Origin: Patescibacteria group bacterium
GTDB taxonomy: Bacteria > Patescibacteriota > Minisyncoccia > JAHISW01 > Tagabacteraceae
Length of the DNA: 64,000 nucleotides
Direction of reading: 5' to 3'
Assembly: GCA_018819015.1 (NCBI GenBank)
Contig: JAHJQY010000019.1
Location: 3,239 to 67,238 of the forward strand
In this document: positions 30,637-41,628 of the stretch, piece by piece
Position numbering within the stretch: the first letter of the stretch is position 1
Layout of the letters: every line of letters begins with the position of its first letter
Notes under the pieces: generated by a model
What the model was told of the DNA's origin: nothing
The model's database searches: none
What the model saw: the letters and a program-made list of their open reading frames with translations, nothing else
Position numbers and translations under genes: made by a program

Positions 30637-31594
30637 AAAAACAAATCTTTTTTTGTTAAAACTTTTTTTTGCCGTTGTTCTTGTGACGGTGTCTTTTTCT
30701 GCGAGGCAATGGTTTGTGGAAAATTTTTCATTTAATGTTTTGAATAAAGAAGGCAACCAGAAAGAGTATATAATTCAAGGCGGATTGACAAGAAGTTATA
30801 TTGTCCACCTTCCTTCGCATTATCGCGCCAATGATTTGTTGCCGCTGGTTTTTGTGCTTCATGGAGTTGCCACTAATGCCGACATCACGATGAAAATTAC
30901 CGGCATGAATGATATTTCTGACAGGGAAAATTTTATAGCAGTTTATCCAAACGGCACCGGCTTGTTCAGCGAATATGTTTTAAGCTGGAATGCCGGCGAT
31001 TGCTGCAATTTGGTTGCGCCGTTCGGCGTTGACGACGTCGTTTTTATAAAATCTATTATTGAAAAATTAAGCGAAAAATATAATATAAATCGGAAAGAAA
31101 TTTATGCTGCCGGATTGTCCAACGGAGCCATGATGGCTTATCGGCTGGGGTGCGAATTGTCTGATGAAATTGCCGCTATTGCTCCCGTGGCGGGTTCTAT
31201 GGCGATAGACGTGTGCCACCCGGAAAGTTTTGTGTCCGTTCTTGCTTTCCACGGAGAAAATGACGAGGTTGTTCCTTTTGGCGGCGGCTCCAGTTCCCGG
31301 TTTTATGCTCAGTGGTTTGATTTGAAATTCAGATCGGTTTCAGACTCCGTTTCGTTTTGGGTAAAAAATAACGGCTGCCTGCTTGGTCCGCAGGAATTTT
31401 CTTATGGCGATATCAGCAAAGAAGTCTATTTTGGGTGCAAAAACAATACGGAAGTCATTCTTTTTACTTTTAAAAACCAAGGCCATGTGTGGCCCGGTGG
31501 AGAAGGAATAAAGCCTTTTTACAAAAAAGATTCCGGTGGTATAATAGCATCGGAAGTAATTTGGGATTTTTTTAAAAATCATCCCAAGTATTAG
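30626..31594 (+). CDS. Secreted alpha/beta-hydrolase esterase (PHB-depolymerase/feruloyl-esterase-like)
   Basis: Signal/TM sequence then VFVLHG...GLSNGA (GxSxG)...FHGENDEVVPF. The start is taken at MIVKKTNLF, overlapping the dnaG stop. Confidence 0.65.
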   Translation: MIVKKTNLFLLKLFFAVVLVTVSFSARQWFVENFSFNVLNKEGNQKEYIIQGGLTRSYIVHLPSHYRANDLLPLVFVLHGVATNADITMKITGMNDISDRENFIAVYPNGTGLFSEYVLSWNAGDCCNLVAPFGVDDVVFIKSIIEKLSEKYNINRKEIYAAGLSNGAMMAYRLGCELSDEIAAIAPVAGSMAIDVCHPESFVSVLAFHGENDEVVPFGGGSSSRFYAQWFDLKFRSVSDSVSFWVKNNGCLLGPQEFSYGDISKEVYFGCKNNTEVILFTFKNQGHVWPGGEGIKPFYKKDSGGIIASEVIWDFFKNHPKY

Positions 31595-31617
31595 TAATAA
31601 ATTAATTAAATAAAAAA

Positions 31618-31827
31618 ATGAATAAAAAAATAAAAGATTTTTTAGGGGCGGTGATTATTTTCTCTTTGTTGGTTTTTGTCGTCGTGAGCATTGTTTGCGT
31701 GAAAGCGTATTATAATTCAATCGCGACGGCAAAGGGGCTGGGCGGAGAAGTGTCAGCAACTTCGGCCATCGAGCCCGGTTCTCAGGAAATTACTTCCAAT
31801 ATTACTTTGGTTTACGAAATTAAATAG
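31618..31827 (+). CDS. Small hypothetical membrane protein
   Basis: 69 aa with a single N-terminal TM helix. Confidence 0.4.
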   Translation: MNKKIKDFLGAVIIFSLLVFVVVSIVCVKAYYNSIATAKGLGGEVSATSAIEPGSQEITSNITLVYEIK

Positions 31828-31828
31828 C

Positions 31829-33010
31829 GTGTCTTTTCTAATTCATTACAGCGAAATTGCTTTAAAAAAGGGCAACCGGTCTTTTTTTGTTAACAAACTG
31901 GCGGAGAATATCAAAATTGCTTTAAAAGATTTGGATGATGTCGGTGTCAAAAAATTATCCGGCCGCCTATTGTGCGATATCCGATTCCCCACGTTTGCCG
32001 CGGGGAATCGGATATCAATAGTTGAAGAGCGGTTAAAAAAAATTCCCGGTATTGCCAATTTTATGCCGGCGTTTGAAATTGTTTTATCCGGCGCGGGCGC
32101 GGCGGATATGGAATCGCTTAAACAAGCCGTGGTTAAAGAAATCGCGGATAGAAAATTTAGCAGTTTTAGAATAACCGCGCAAAGGGGCGACAAAGATTTT
32201 CCTTTGACTTCCGAAGAGATTAATCGCGAGTTGGGCGCTTTTGTCGCGCGGGAAATCGGCGCCAGGGTGGATTTGGAAAATCCTGAATTTACCGTTTTTG
32301 CGCAGATATTGCGGGACAGAATATTTTTCGGTTTTGAAAAAACAAAAGGAGTCGGCGGGCTTCCTGTTGGTTCCAGCGGCAGAATAGTGAGTCTTTTGTC
32401 TGGCGGCATAGATTCACCGGCGGCGTCTTTTATGATGATGAAAAGGGGATGCCGTGCTGTTTTTGCCCATTTTCACAGTTTTCCTTATTTGGATTATTCT
32501 TCTCAGCAAAAAGCGCTGGAGTTGTCTGAGATTTTGAACAGTTATCAATACGGATCAAAATTGTATCTTTTGCCATTCGGCAAAGCGCAAAGTGAAATTG
32601 CCACCAAGGCGCCGGAACCGTATAGGACGGTGATTTACAGACGCTTGATGTTGCGCGTGTCCGAGAAAATCGCCGAGAAAGAAAAAGCCGGCGCTTTGGC
32701 AACCGGAGAAAGTTTGGGCCAGGTGGCTTCGCAGACCATGGAGAATATTTCCGTAATTGACAAGTCGGTAAATTTGACCGTCTTGAGACCGCTGATAGGT
32801 TTTAATAAAGAAGATATCATAAAAATCGCCAGAGAAATTGGAACTTATGATATTTCAATAATGCCCGACCAGGATTGCTGCCAGCTTTTTATGCCCAAGC
32901 ATCCTGTCACCAAAGCGGACATTAAAATAACAGAAAAAATAGAAAAGGATTTCGATATTCCTAAAATGATATCAGGTATTCTGGGTAAGGCCGAAATAAA
33001 AATATTGTAG
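31829..33010 (+). CDS. thiI: tRNA sulfurtransferase (tRNA 4-thiouridine synthase)
   Basis: N-terminal LIHYSEIALKKGNRSFF, a THUMP-like region, and the PP-loop LLSGGIDSPAASFMMMKRGCRAVFAHFHSF. It carries an in-frame REP inverted pair at 31976-32017. Confidence 0.85.
   Translation: MSFLIHYSEIALKKGNRSFFVNKLAENIKIALKDLDDVGVKKLSGRLLCDIRFPTFAAGNRISIVEERLKKIPGIANFMPAFEIVLSGAGAADMESLKQAVVKEIADRKFSSFRITAQRGDKDFPLTSEEINRELGAFVAREIGARVDLENPEFTVFAQILRDRIFFGFEKTKGVGGLPVGSSGRIVSLLSGGIDSPAASFMMMKRGCRAVFAHFHSFPYLDYSSQQKALELSEILNSYQYGSKLYLLPFGKAQSEIATKAPEPYRTVIYRRLMLRVSEKIAEKEKAGALATGESLGQVASQTMENISVIDKSVNLTVLRPLIGFNKEDIIKIAREIGTYDISIMPDQDCCQLFMPKHPVTKADIKITEKIEKDFDIPKMISGILGKAEIKIL
31976..32017. repeat. Inverted pair of REP half-elements (GATATCCGATTCCCCAC...GGGGAATCGGATATC) embedded in frame within thiI
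   Basis: 15-bp perfect inverted repeat with a 10-nt spacer. It uses the same REP family as the RAYT locus and encodes ..CDIRFPTFAAGNRISI... Confidence 0.8.
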
Positions 33011-33067
33011 TTTTCCACAGAGTTTAGTGTATTTTTTTGTTTTACTGTATAATAAAACAATAAAGAT

Positions 33068-33634
33068 ATGTTTCCGTTAATGCAGAGATTTTTGTTTTTT
33101 GTTCTGGTAATAGCGGTGTTTTTTGCTGTTATATATATCGGTCAAGTATTATTAACTGGCAATAAACAAACATTTTTACATTCAAATATGGATTTAAGAA
33201 GCAACGCTTTTGATAACAAGGGCGATATTCCTTTAAAATATACTTGTGATGGCGACAATGTCAGTCCGCCTTTTTTTGTTGGCAGTGCGCCTATAGGCAC
33301 GCAGAGTTTCGCTCTTGTTGTGGAGGACCCCGATGCTATCGGCGGCGTTACTTTTGATCATTGGGTTGTCTGGAATATTAAAATGGAGACAACTGAAATA
33401 AAAGAAGGATTTGTTCCGGACGGAGCAATGCAGGGGATTAACGATTTTGACGAAAAAGGATATGGCGGCCCTTGTCCGCCCAAAGGCGCTTCGGCGCATC
33501 GCTATCTGTTTAATCTTTATGCTTTGGATACCAGACTTAATATTAATCCGGATTCAAGAAAGGAACATCTTGAAAAAGCCATGGAAGGCCATATTTTGGG
33601 CCAAACAACATTACTGGGTTTATATAAAAGATAA
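33068..33634 (+). CDS. PEBP/YbhB-YbcL family protein (phosphatidylethanolamine-binding protein-like), secreted
   Basis: DPDA..G.FDHWVVWNI and ...GYGGPCPP.G..HRY.F.LYALD..L, with an N-terminal signal/TM. Confidence 0.8.
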   Translation: MFPLMQRFLFFVLVIAVFFAVIYIGQVLLTGNKQTFLHSNMDLRSNAFDNKGDIPLKYTCDGDNVSPPFFVGSAPIGTQSFALVVEDPDAIGGVTFDHWVVWNIKMETTEIKEGFVPDGAMQGINDFDEKGYGGPCPPKGASAHRYLFNLYALDTRLNINPDSRKEHLEKAMEGHILGQTTLLGLYKR

Positions 33635-33635
33635 T

Positions 33636-34094
33636 ATGGAACACGAATCAGTAAACAAAAATTATATTAGGCGTATTTTTAAATTTTATTTCGCGCCGGT
33701 TTGGCAATCCGCCCTGACTATTTTGTATTTGGTTTTCTTTTTGTATTTCGCGGTGTTTTATGTCGGCAATGTCTGGCTGGCTTTAAAATTTATCTGGTAC
33801 ACAATTATTAATTCCGGAACGCTTTTGGGGCTTTCTTACCTTTTGTGGGGCGTGGTTTTTCTGGTAACTTTGATTATTCCTTTTTCAATCAGTTTATACG
33901 CGATGCTGCTTTTGTATGAAATTTGGGAAAAGAAAGATTGGCCGAGAAAAGAAAAAGTTTTAGGCACGCTGATGCTTATAGTTTTGGTTCCCCTTGTGAT
34001 AATGGCGATGGATGAAACAGTAAGAATTGCCGCTTCGCAGGATGTTTTAAATACGTTTGTTTCCGGCCAGCATTTGAATATTTTGGGAAAATAA
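33636..34094 (+). CDS. Hypothetical multi-pass membrane protein
   Basis: 152-aa ORF with 3-4 hydrophobic helices. Its start follows the PEBP gene stop directly. Confidence 0.45.
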   Translation: MEHESVNKNYIRRIFKFYFAPVWQSALTILYLVFFLYFAVFYVGNVWLALKFIWYTIINSGTLLGLSYLLWGVVFLVTLIIPFSISLYAMLLLYEIWEKKDWPRKEKVLGTLMLIVLVPLVIMAMDETVRIAASQDVLNTFVSGQHLNILGK

Positions 34095-34931
34095 GTTTGT
34101 ACACTCCATTTCTTTTTTGCCCTCGGGTTTAACTCGTTTTATGACGAGTTTTCCTTTGTCGTCCAGTTCCGCCGCCGCGATAATTATTCTTTTTCCGTTG
34201 TAAAAAGTATAAGCGCCGGGCCAGGGGGCAAGAGCGCGTATTTTTCGTTCAATAATTTCCGGCGGTTCATTCCAGTCAATTTCTCCGTCTTTTTTGGTGA
34301 AAAGTTTAGTATAGGTTGCTTTGTTATGGTTTTGCGGAATCGGTTTAATTTCGTTATTCAGCCAGCGGGGCATAGTTTCTACGAGCATTTCTCCTCCCAG
34401 TTCCGCAAGCTTTTCCTCTAATTTTTTGTAGGTTAGATTTGAGATTTTATTTTTAAGGTTTGAGATTTTTAATATTGGTCCTTCGTCCATTTTTTCGTCC
34501 ATTAGCATAATGGTTACCCCCGTTTCTTTTTCGCCGTTTAAAATGGCGGATTGGATGGGCGAGGGGCCGCGAAGTTTGGGGAGTAGCGAGGGGTGGACAT
34601 TTATGGTTTCGTGCTTGGGAATTTCCAAAATTTTTTTCGGCAAAATTTTGCCGAAAGACGCGACAACAAATAAGTCAGGCGTTATTCCTAATTCTTGAAT
34701 CTTGAATCCTAAATCTTTAAGATTGTCTGGTTGTAAAATTTTGATTTTGTTTTTCAGCGCCCAAAGTTTTACTGGCGATGGGTTTGTCCGAAGTTTTCTT
34801 CCCTGGGGCTTGTCCGGCGCGGTTATGATAAGCGCCGGCGCCAAGCCGGCATTTTTCATGCTTTCCAAGATTTTCACCGAAAATTCCGGCGTGCCAAAGA
34901 AGACAATTTTTGGCTGGGTTTTGTTAATCAT
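34047..34931 (-). CDS. fmt: Methionyl-tRNA formyltransferase
   Basis: KIVFFGTPEFSV..L, ...ITAPDKP.GR, and ..HPSLLPK.RG, located downstream of def. Confidence 0.9.
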   Translation of the reverse strand: MINKTQPKIVFFGTPEFSVKILESMKNAGLAPALIITAPDKPQGRKLRTNPSPVKLWALKNKIKILQPDNLKDLGFKIQELGITPDLFVVASFGKILPKKILEIPKHETINVHPSLLPKLRGPSPIQSAILNGEKETGVTIMLMDEKMDEGPILKISNLKNKISNLTYKKLEEKLAELGGEMLVETMPRWLNNEIKPIPQNHNKATYTKLFTKKDGEIDWNEPPEIIERKIRALAPWPGAYTFYNGKRIIIAAAELDDKGKLVIKRVKPEGKKEMECTNLFSQNIQMLAGNKRI

Positions 34932-35434
34932 TTGGTTAAATTAGTTGCTTTGTCTATGAAAAGAATCCCGTTCAGGTGGTCTATTTCGTGCTGAAGGGTT
35001 TGCGCCAGCAGGCCCGACGCGCCGCGGGTAAATTTTTCTCCTTTTTCATTGTAGGCCTCTACTTTCACTTTTTCAGCTCGCTTCACTTCGCCGAACTGAT
35101 CGGGGGCGCTGAGGCATCCTTCGGGAAAAAGTTTTTTGTCTCGAGAGGCTTTTATTATTTTCGGATTTATAAAAACCATATTTTTAAATTCTGTTTTTGG
35201 AGTTTCCGACACGGGGTTCAGCGTCCATTCGGAAATGACGGTGATTTGCCAGCTTTCTCCGATTTGTGGGGCGGCCACGGCTAAAGCGTCGTTATTTTCG
35301 GCAATGACTTTTTTCATTTTTTTAATGATATTTTGGAATTTTTTGCTTTTTATTTCTTCAGCGGGAATCTCTTTGGCTTTTTCCCTCAGCACTTTTTCTC
35401 CTTTTTTATAAATTTTTATTTTGTTGTCAGACAT
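34928..35434 (-). CDS. def: Peptide deformylase
   Basis: Motifs EGCLS.P and HEIDHLNG. Confidence 0.9.
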   Translation of the reverse strand: MSDNKIKIYKKGEKVLREKAKEIPAEEIKSKKFQNIIKKMKKVIAENNDALAVAAPQIGESWQITVISEWTLNPVSETPKTEFKNMVFINPKIIKASRDKKLFPEGCLSAPDQFGEVKRAEKVKVEAYNEKGEKFTRGASGLLAQTLQHEIDHLNGILFIDKATNLTK

Positions 35435-35435
35435 T

Positions 35436-35702
35436 TTATTCTAATTCTTTTAATTTCCAAAAAAATTTTTTGACCGGAGAGAATTTATCACTTCTTCGGC
35501 TTTCTTGTTTGATTTCCGCGAACAATTGCCTTATTTTTTCTTCCGGATAGCGGTGGCAAACACCCAAATATTTTTTGTAATTTTTGGTTTCGTTGAAATA
35601 TTCGGCTATTTCTTCCGCCAGGGCGTGCCGGCTGGTGTGGATTGATTTCTTTTTCGGCCGGTCCTTCTTGGAGGGCTTTAGGTATTTTTTCAACTGCTCC
35701 AT
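35436..35702 (-). CDS. Small basic hypothetical protein
   Basis: 88 aa, Lys/Arg-rich, in an operon with def-fmt. Confidence 0.4.
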   Translation of the reverse strand: MEQLKKYLKPSKKDRPKKKSIHTSRHALAEEIAEYFNETKNYKKYLGVCHRYPEEKIRQLFAEIKQESRRSDKFSPVKKFFWKLKELE

Positions 35703-36761
35703 TTATTCCAAGCTCATTTTGATTAGCGCGCCGTCATCAATCGCGTATATGAAATTTTTTTCCGTCGATATGGCGAAGGTGGGATCTTTGCCCTTATAAA
35801 TAGGATAAACAAGACGTTCGCTTCTCCCGTCCATTTCAACCACATAAATGCCGTTGCCCGCTGCCATTATTATTATGTCTTTCCTGTCCGGGAAAAACTC
35901 TATGTTTTTTATGCGGAAATTGCTTTTGAAAATCAGCGCCGGTAATTGGCAAGATTGGCCGTCTGCCCGTTGAGGCGGGCAAATGTAATAAGGAGGGAGC
36001 GCGTCTTTTTTGAGCCAGTCAGCAAAAATCTCGTTATTGGCATCGTCCCACCAGATTTTTTCATTTTTCTTTTTGTCAAATTTTTCAAAATCAGAAACCT
36101 GGGGAAGATTTTCGGTAAAATAAGAAGCGCTGACTATTTCTTCTGCCAGGTTGAACTTGGCCTCTATCGTTCCTTTTTCGCTTTTGAATACAAAACTATT
36201 TTTGCTCCAAATTATATTAGATATGCCTTTTTTGAACGAAAGCAGTTGTTTGGCGAGAGAATTGTCGGTCGTCAAAAAAGTATTTTTTCCCGGCAGATAA
36301 AAAGTCAATTGAAAATCGTCACCTCTTTCTTCTTTAAGCACCAAAAGGTTTTGGTCGGGAGAAGCCCAGATTTTTGTAAATTTTCCCTTAAACAGTATGC
36401 CGCCCTGCGGGTTTTTTGGTATTAAAATTGCCATGGATTCCGTCACTAATCCTTGTTTGACTTCCAGTTTTTTAATCCATGGCCAGAAATTTTCTTTGGC
36501 AACCAAAATAGAGTATTCACCCGTTTTTAGATTAGACATAAAAAGACCTTTGCTGAGCATTCCACTGGCGTTTTCTTTTTTGTTGTTGACGAATATTTCC
36601 GCGCCATCAAAAGGAAGAGAAACATAGAGTCCGCCTCTTTGTGAAATACGAAAATTGTTATCTAAACTGTATCCCTGGCCGTATAACAGCGTAACGATGG
36701 TAATGGCAAAAAAAGCCAAAACGCAAAGAGCCAAAATTGTTTTTCTAGTTTTTAGGGCCAT
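35703..36761 (-). CDS. Hypothetical secreted/membrane-anchored protein
   Basis: 352 aa with an N-terminal signal anchor (ILALCVLAFFAITIVTLLY). The remainder appears beta-rich. Confidence 0.5.
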   Translation of the reverse strand: MALKTRKTILALCVLAFFAITIVTLLYGQGYSLDNNFRISQRGGLYVSLPFDGAEIFVNNKKENASGMLSKGLFMSNLKTGEYSILVAKENFWPWIKKLEVKQGLVTESMAILIPKNPQGGILFKGKFTKIWASPDQNLLVLKEERGDDFQLTFYLPGKNTFLTTDNSLAKQLLSFKKGISNIIWSKNSFVFKSEKGTIEAKFNLAEEIVSASYFTENLPQVSDFEKFDKKKNEKIWWDDANNEIFADWLKKDALPPYYICPPQRADGQSCQLPALIFKSNFRIKNIEFFPDRKDIIIMAAGNGIYVVEMDGRSERLVYPIYKGKDPTFAISTEKNFIYAIDDGALIKMSLE

Positions 36762-36807
36762 GCTTTAATATTTGCAAAAAATGGCCAAAAAGTCTAGGAT
36801 TAAATCA

Positions 36808-38063
36808 ATGCCATTCCTAGTAAAAGGTTTTTCCGGGAAAAAGTTTTTGAGCGGCGAATTGCCGGTTAGGGGCGCCAAGAATTTTGCCTTGAAGGCCCAG
36901 GCCGCTTCTATACTTTTTGGCGGCGATGTTGTTTTGCGCAACATGCCGCTGATTGAAGATGTTTTTAAAATGAATGATTTGCTTTCGTCTTTGGGTGTGG
37001 CCGTGGACAGAATCGGCAACAGATCGTTTCGTTTTAAATCTCCCCGAAACCTGGAAACAAATCTTAATACCGACGCGGCGAAATTATTTCGCGCTTCAAT
37101 TGTTTTAACGGGCCCGATTTTGGCCAGAGAAGGAAGGGTTTCTTTTTCTCATCCCGGAGGATGCGTGATAGGTAAGAGGCCGATAGATGTTTTTTTGGAT
37201 GCTTTTCAAAAAATGGGCGCAAAAGCGCGCAGTTTTAAAAAAAGCTATTTGCTTGAAGCGGATAAGCTTCATGGCGCCGATATATTTCTTAAATTACCGA
37301 GCGTCACGGCGACGGAAACTTTGATGATGACGGCGGTTTTGGTGAAAGGCGTGACGATTTTGCGTAATTGCGCCTGCGAACCGGAAATAGTTTCTTTGGC
37401 TGAATTTTTAAATTCTTTTGGCGCTGATATAAAGGGAGCGGGCACTCATACGATTGTTGTTAAGGGCGGTCGCTTGTTAAAAAATGGGTTTTTTAAAATT
37501 CCGCCCGATAGAATTGAGGCCGGAAGTTTCGCCGTGGTGGCGGCGCTATGCGGTAAAAATTTAAGAATTAAAAATTGTGACCCTTCCCAGATGATGGCTG
37601 TTTTGCGCGCGTTGGAAGATGCCGGGGTAAATATAGAATTTGACAAGGATGCTCTTTTAATAAAAACGCCGCGCGTTTTGAAGCCGGTTGATATAAAAAC
37701 TCGGGAATATCCCGGTTTTGCCACTGATTTGCAGGCGCCTTTTTCGGTTCTTTTGACGCAAGCGGCCGGCAGGAGTCTTCTTTTTGAAACTGTTTTTGAA
37801 AATCGGTTAGGATATTTAAGTGATTTGAATAGAATGGGCGCGAATATTCTTGTCTGCGATCCGCATCGCGCCGTTATAAACGGACCGACAAAATTAAGGG
37901 GAAGAGACATGGAAAGCCCTGACCTGAGAGCCGGTTTGGCTTTTTTGACAGCGGCTATGGTGGCGGAAGGCGATTCTGTGATAAACAATATATATAATAT
38001 AGACAGGGGGTATGAAAAAGTAGAGGAGCGTTTAAATGCCGTGGGGGCGGAAATAAAAAGAAT

Positions 38064-38067
<4 letters not shown>
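36808..38067 (+). CDS. murA: UDP-N-acetylglucosamine 1-carboxyvinyltransferase
   Basis: Aligns from MPFLVKG..L.GELPVRGAKNFAL with E. coli MurA (MDKFRVQG..L.GEVTISGAKNAAL). The catalytic Cys region is HPGGCVIGKRPID. Confidence 0.9.
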
Positions 38068-39074
<1,007 letters not shown>

Positions 39075-39075
39075 C

Positions 39076-39756
39076 ATGGAAGTTTACCATCACGGTTATT
39101 TTTTAACAGGCGACAGGGAAAAGGCGATGGATAGGGCGTTGGAGATGGCCGCGGAAATTTTGGAAATTAAAAAAGAGGCGCTTAATTCGCATCCGGATTT
39201 TTCTTTGCTGGAAACCGATAATTTCGCGATCGGTGACGCCAGGCGCGTTAAAGAGAACTCGGCCAAAAAATCCTTTTTTGGCCGCGGCAGAATTTTTGTC
39301 ATCAAAAGCAATCTTTTCACGCGCGAGGCTTGCAACGCGCTTTTAAAAACATTTGAAGAGCCGGCCGGGGCCAGTTATTTTTTTGTGGTAACCGCTTCGC
39401 CGGAAAATATTCTGGAAACCTTGAGATCCCGTTTGACAGTTTTAAGGTTTGAAGAAGATAAAAAATTATCCAAAGAAAAAAAAGATTTTATTGAAAAATT
39501 TTTTAAGAGCGATTCTGACAAAAGATTGAAACTGACGGAAAAATTTTTAAAAGACAAAGAAAAAGCAAAAGAAAAAACATCGGAATTTTTAGACGAACTG
39601 GAAGTTGTTTTAAGGGACACAATGGCGGGCAAACAGGAGGCGAGGATGGTGGAGGCGGTTGACGAACTGTTGAAACAGCGCGCCTATCTTTTACAGCGCG
39701 CGTCGTCGCCGAAAATAATTTTGGAATATATTTGTTTAACTTTTCCCAAATTTTAG
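39076..39756 (+). CDS. holB: DNA polymerase III delta' subunit-like (HolB, degenerate P-loop)
   Basis: LKTFEEPA (compare LKTLEEPP) and TLRSRL sensor motifs. Walker A is degenerate. Confidence 0.6.
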   Translation: MEVYHHGYFLTGDREKAMDRALEMAAEILEIKKEALNSHPDFSLLETDNFAIGDARRVKENSAKKSFFGRGRIFVIKSNLFTREACNALLKTFEEPAGASYFFVVTASPENILETLRSRLTVLRFEEDKKLSKEKKDFIEKFFKSDSDKRLKLTEKFLKDKEKAKEKTSEFLDELEVVLRDTMAGKQEARMVEAVDELLKQRAYLLQRASSPKIILEYICLTFPKF

Positions 39757-39791
39757 TATAATATTAGTGTAGTTACTGATTACTAGATTAT

Positions 39792-40343
39792 ATGAATTAC
39801 GATTTTTCAAAAATTAAGGCCTGCGCCGAAAAAAATAAATCATGGTTTAATGATGAAATTTCTCTTTTGCGAACCGGCCGCGCCACTCCGTCTTTGGTGG
39901 AAAATATCAAAGTTGATTATTACGGCGTTAAAAGCCCGCTTAAAAGCGTGGCTTCCATCGCCATTGAAGACGCCCGGACATTGAGGGTTAAGCCATGGGC
40001 GGCGGATATGATTATGCCGATTGAACAGGCGGTGAGGGCTTCCGAACTGGGCATTCAGGCGGTCACAGAAAAAGATATCGTCAGAATTATTTTTCCCGAA
40101 CTGACAGGAGAGAGGAGGAAGTCCTTGTTAAAAATTTTGAACGGGAAACTGGAAGAATCTAGAATTTCTTTGAGGCGGGAGCGGGACGAAACTTGGCGGG
40201 ATATTCAGGACAAGGAAAAAGAAGGCGAGATCGGCGAGGATGAAAAATTTCGCTTCAAAGATGAACTGCAGAAAATTGTTGACGAGGCCGTAAAAAAATT
40301 GGAAGGAACCGCGTCTAAAAAAGAAGAAGAAATAAAAAACTGA
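39792..40343 (+). CDS. frr: Ribosome recycling factor
   Basis: Typical length (183 aa) and motifs (..LRTGRATPSL...V.YYG....L...A.I...D.RTL.V.PW). Confidence 0.9.
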   Translation: MNYDFSKIKACAEKNKSWFNDEISLLRTGRATPSLVENIKVDYYGVKSPLKSVASIAIEDARTLRVKPWAADMIMPIEQAVRASELGIQAVTEKDIVRIIFPELTGERRKSLLKILNGKLEESRISLRRERDETWRDIQDKEKEGEIGEDEKFRFKDELQKIVDEAVKKLEGTASKKEEEIKN

Positions 40344-40344
40344 C

Positions 40345-41388
40345 ATGGCTACTTTTATAATTTTTGTCCTTGTTTTGGGCGTTCTTGTTTTTACGCACGA
40401 GTTCGGGCATTTTATTTGCGCAAAAAAGGCGGGCGTTAAAGTTGAAAAATTCGCTATTGGTTTCGGTCCGAGCGTTTTTTCGTTTAGAAAAGACGAAACG
40501 CTTTACACATTGAATTTAGTGCCTTTTGGCGGTTATGTGAAAATTTTTGGCGAGGAGGGCAGGGAAAAAGTGGCGGGAAGTTTTAATTCCAAGCCGGCTT
40601 GTATTCGGGCGCTGATTGTGGCGGCCGGCGTTTTTTTTAATTTTTTGCTGGCCTTTTTTTTGTTGTTTTTGGTCAATATGATTGGCGCGCCCGTTCCTGT
40701 TGGCGACGGCGCGTTAAACAGCCGGATAACAATTCTGGAAGTTCAGCCAAATTCGCCCGCGCAAAAAGCGGGGCTGGAAGCCGGAGATAAAATTTTGTCT
40801 TTGTCTTTTGGAGAAGAGGTTTTGGATGCAGTGGTGATTGCTGACGTTCAGAATTTTATTTCCAGTCACAGTGGGCAGGAGATAGTTTTGAAATATTTGC
40901 GGGGGCAGGAAACTTTCAGCGCGCGTGTTACGCCTGACCCTATAATCGGCATCGCCATGGACAATATCGCCATTGTCTCTATGTCTTTTTTCAAAGCAAT
41001 CTGGGAAAGTTTCAAGGAAACGATTTTTTTGACTGGCTTTATGGTTAAAATGTTCGGCTTTCTTATTGCCGATATTTTTAGGGGAGGGGAGATGGTCAAT
41101 CAGGTGAGCGGGCCGGTGGGGGTTTTTGGGATAGTGGGGAAGATGGCGGCGTTCGGGTTTGTTTATATTCTGCGTTTTACCGCTTTGTTTTCCATAAACT
41201 TGGCGGTGCTGAACTTGATTCCTTTTCCGGCGCTGGACGGCGGACATCTCATTCTTTTGGCCATTGAGGCGATTAAGCGTTCGCCGGTCAATCAAAAGTT
41301 TGTTAATATTGTCAATACTGCCGGCTTCGCCGCGCTGATTATTTTAATGATATTGGTGACGTATAAGGATATAGTTCGTCTTTTGTAA
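40345..41388 (+). CDS. Site-2 protease (RseP/M50 family) with PDZ domain
   Basis: HEFGHFICAKKAG (HExxH in the first TM), a PDZ segment, and C-terminal LNL.P...LDGGH. Confidence 0.85.
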   Translation: MATFIIFVLVLGVLVFTHEFGHFICAKKAGVKVEKFAIGFGPSVFSFRKDETLYTLNLVPFGGYVKIFGEEGREKVAGSFNSKPACIRALIVAAGVFFNFLLAFFLLFLVNMIGAPVPVGDGALNSRITILEVQPNSPAQKAGLEAGDKILSLSFGEEVLDAVVIADVQNFISSHSGQEIVLKYLRGQETFSARVTPDPIIGIAMDNIAIVSMSFFKAIWESFKETIFLTGFMVKMFGFLIADIFRGGEMVNQVSGPVGVFGIVGKMAAFGFVYILRFTALFSINLAVLNLIPFPALDGGHLILLAIEAIKRSPVNQKFVNIVNTAGFAALIILMILVTYKDIVRLL

Positions 41389-41409
41389 TTTTCTATAAAT
41401 ATAATTTTC

Positions 41410-41456
41410 TACCTATTCATTGCTATCGCCACAAATAGGTAGTGAGTTTATTTTTG
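41410..41456 (+). terminator. Rho-independent terminator (CTACCTATT ... AATAGGTAG + T-run)
   Basis: 9-bp stem with TGAGTTTATTTTT following. Confidence 0.55.
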
Positions 41457-41628
41457 TCAACGAAATGATTTGATGGGGATAGTTTTCAACTATATAACTT
41501 AGTCCGACCGGACATGACTATACACTGTCTTTTATTATACATAAAATCTAATTTTTGTCAATGTTTTGTAAAACGGGCTTATTTTTAAAAATTTGTTTTT
41601 TGGGAAGTTTTCTATTATTATGTAAGTA

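Noticed and set aside
41389-41628. T-box riboswitch or leader upstream of proS
   Set aside because: The conserved T-box sequence (AATTAGGGTGGNACCGCG) and specifier/antiterminator architecture are absent. Only a terminator for rseP and AT-rich spacer are present.
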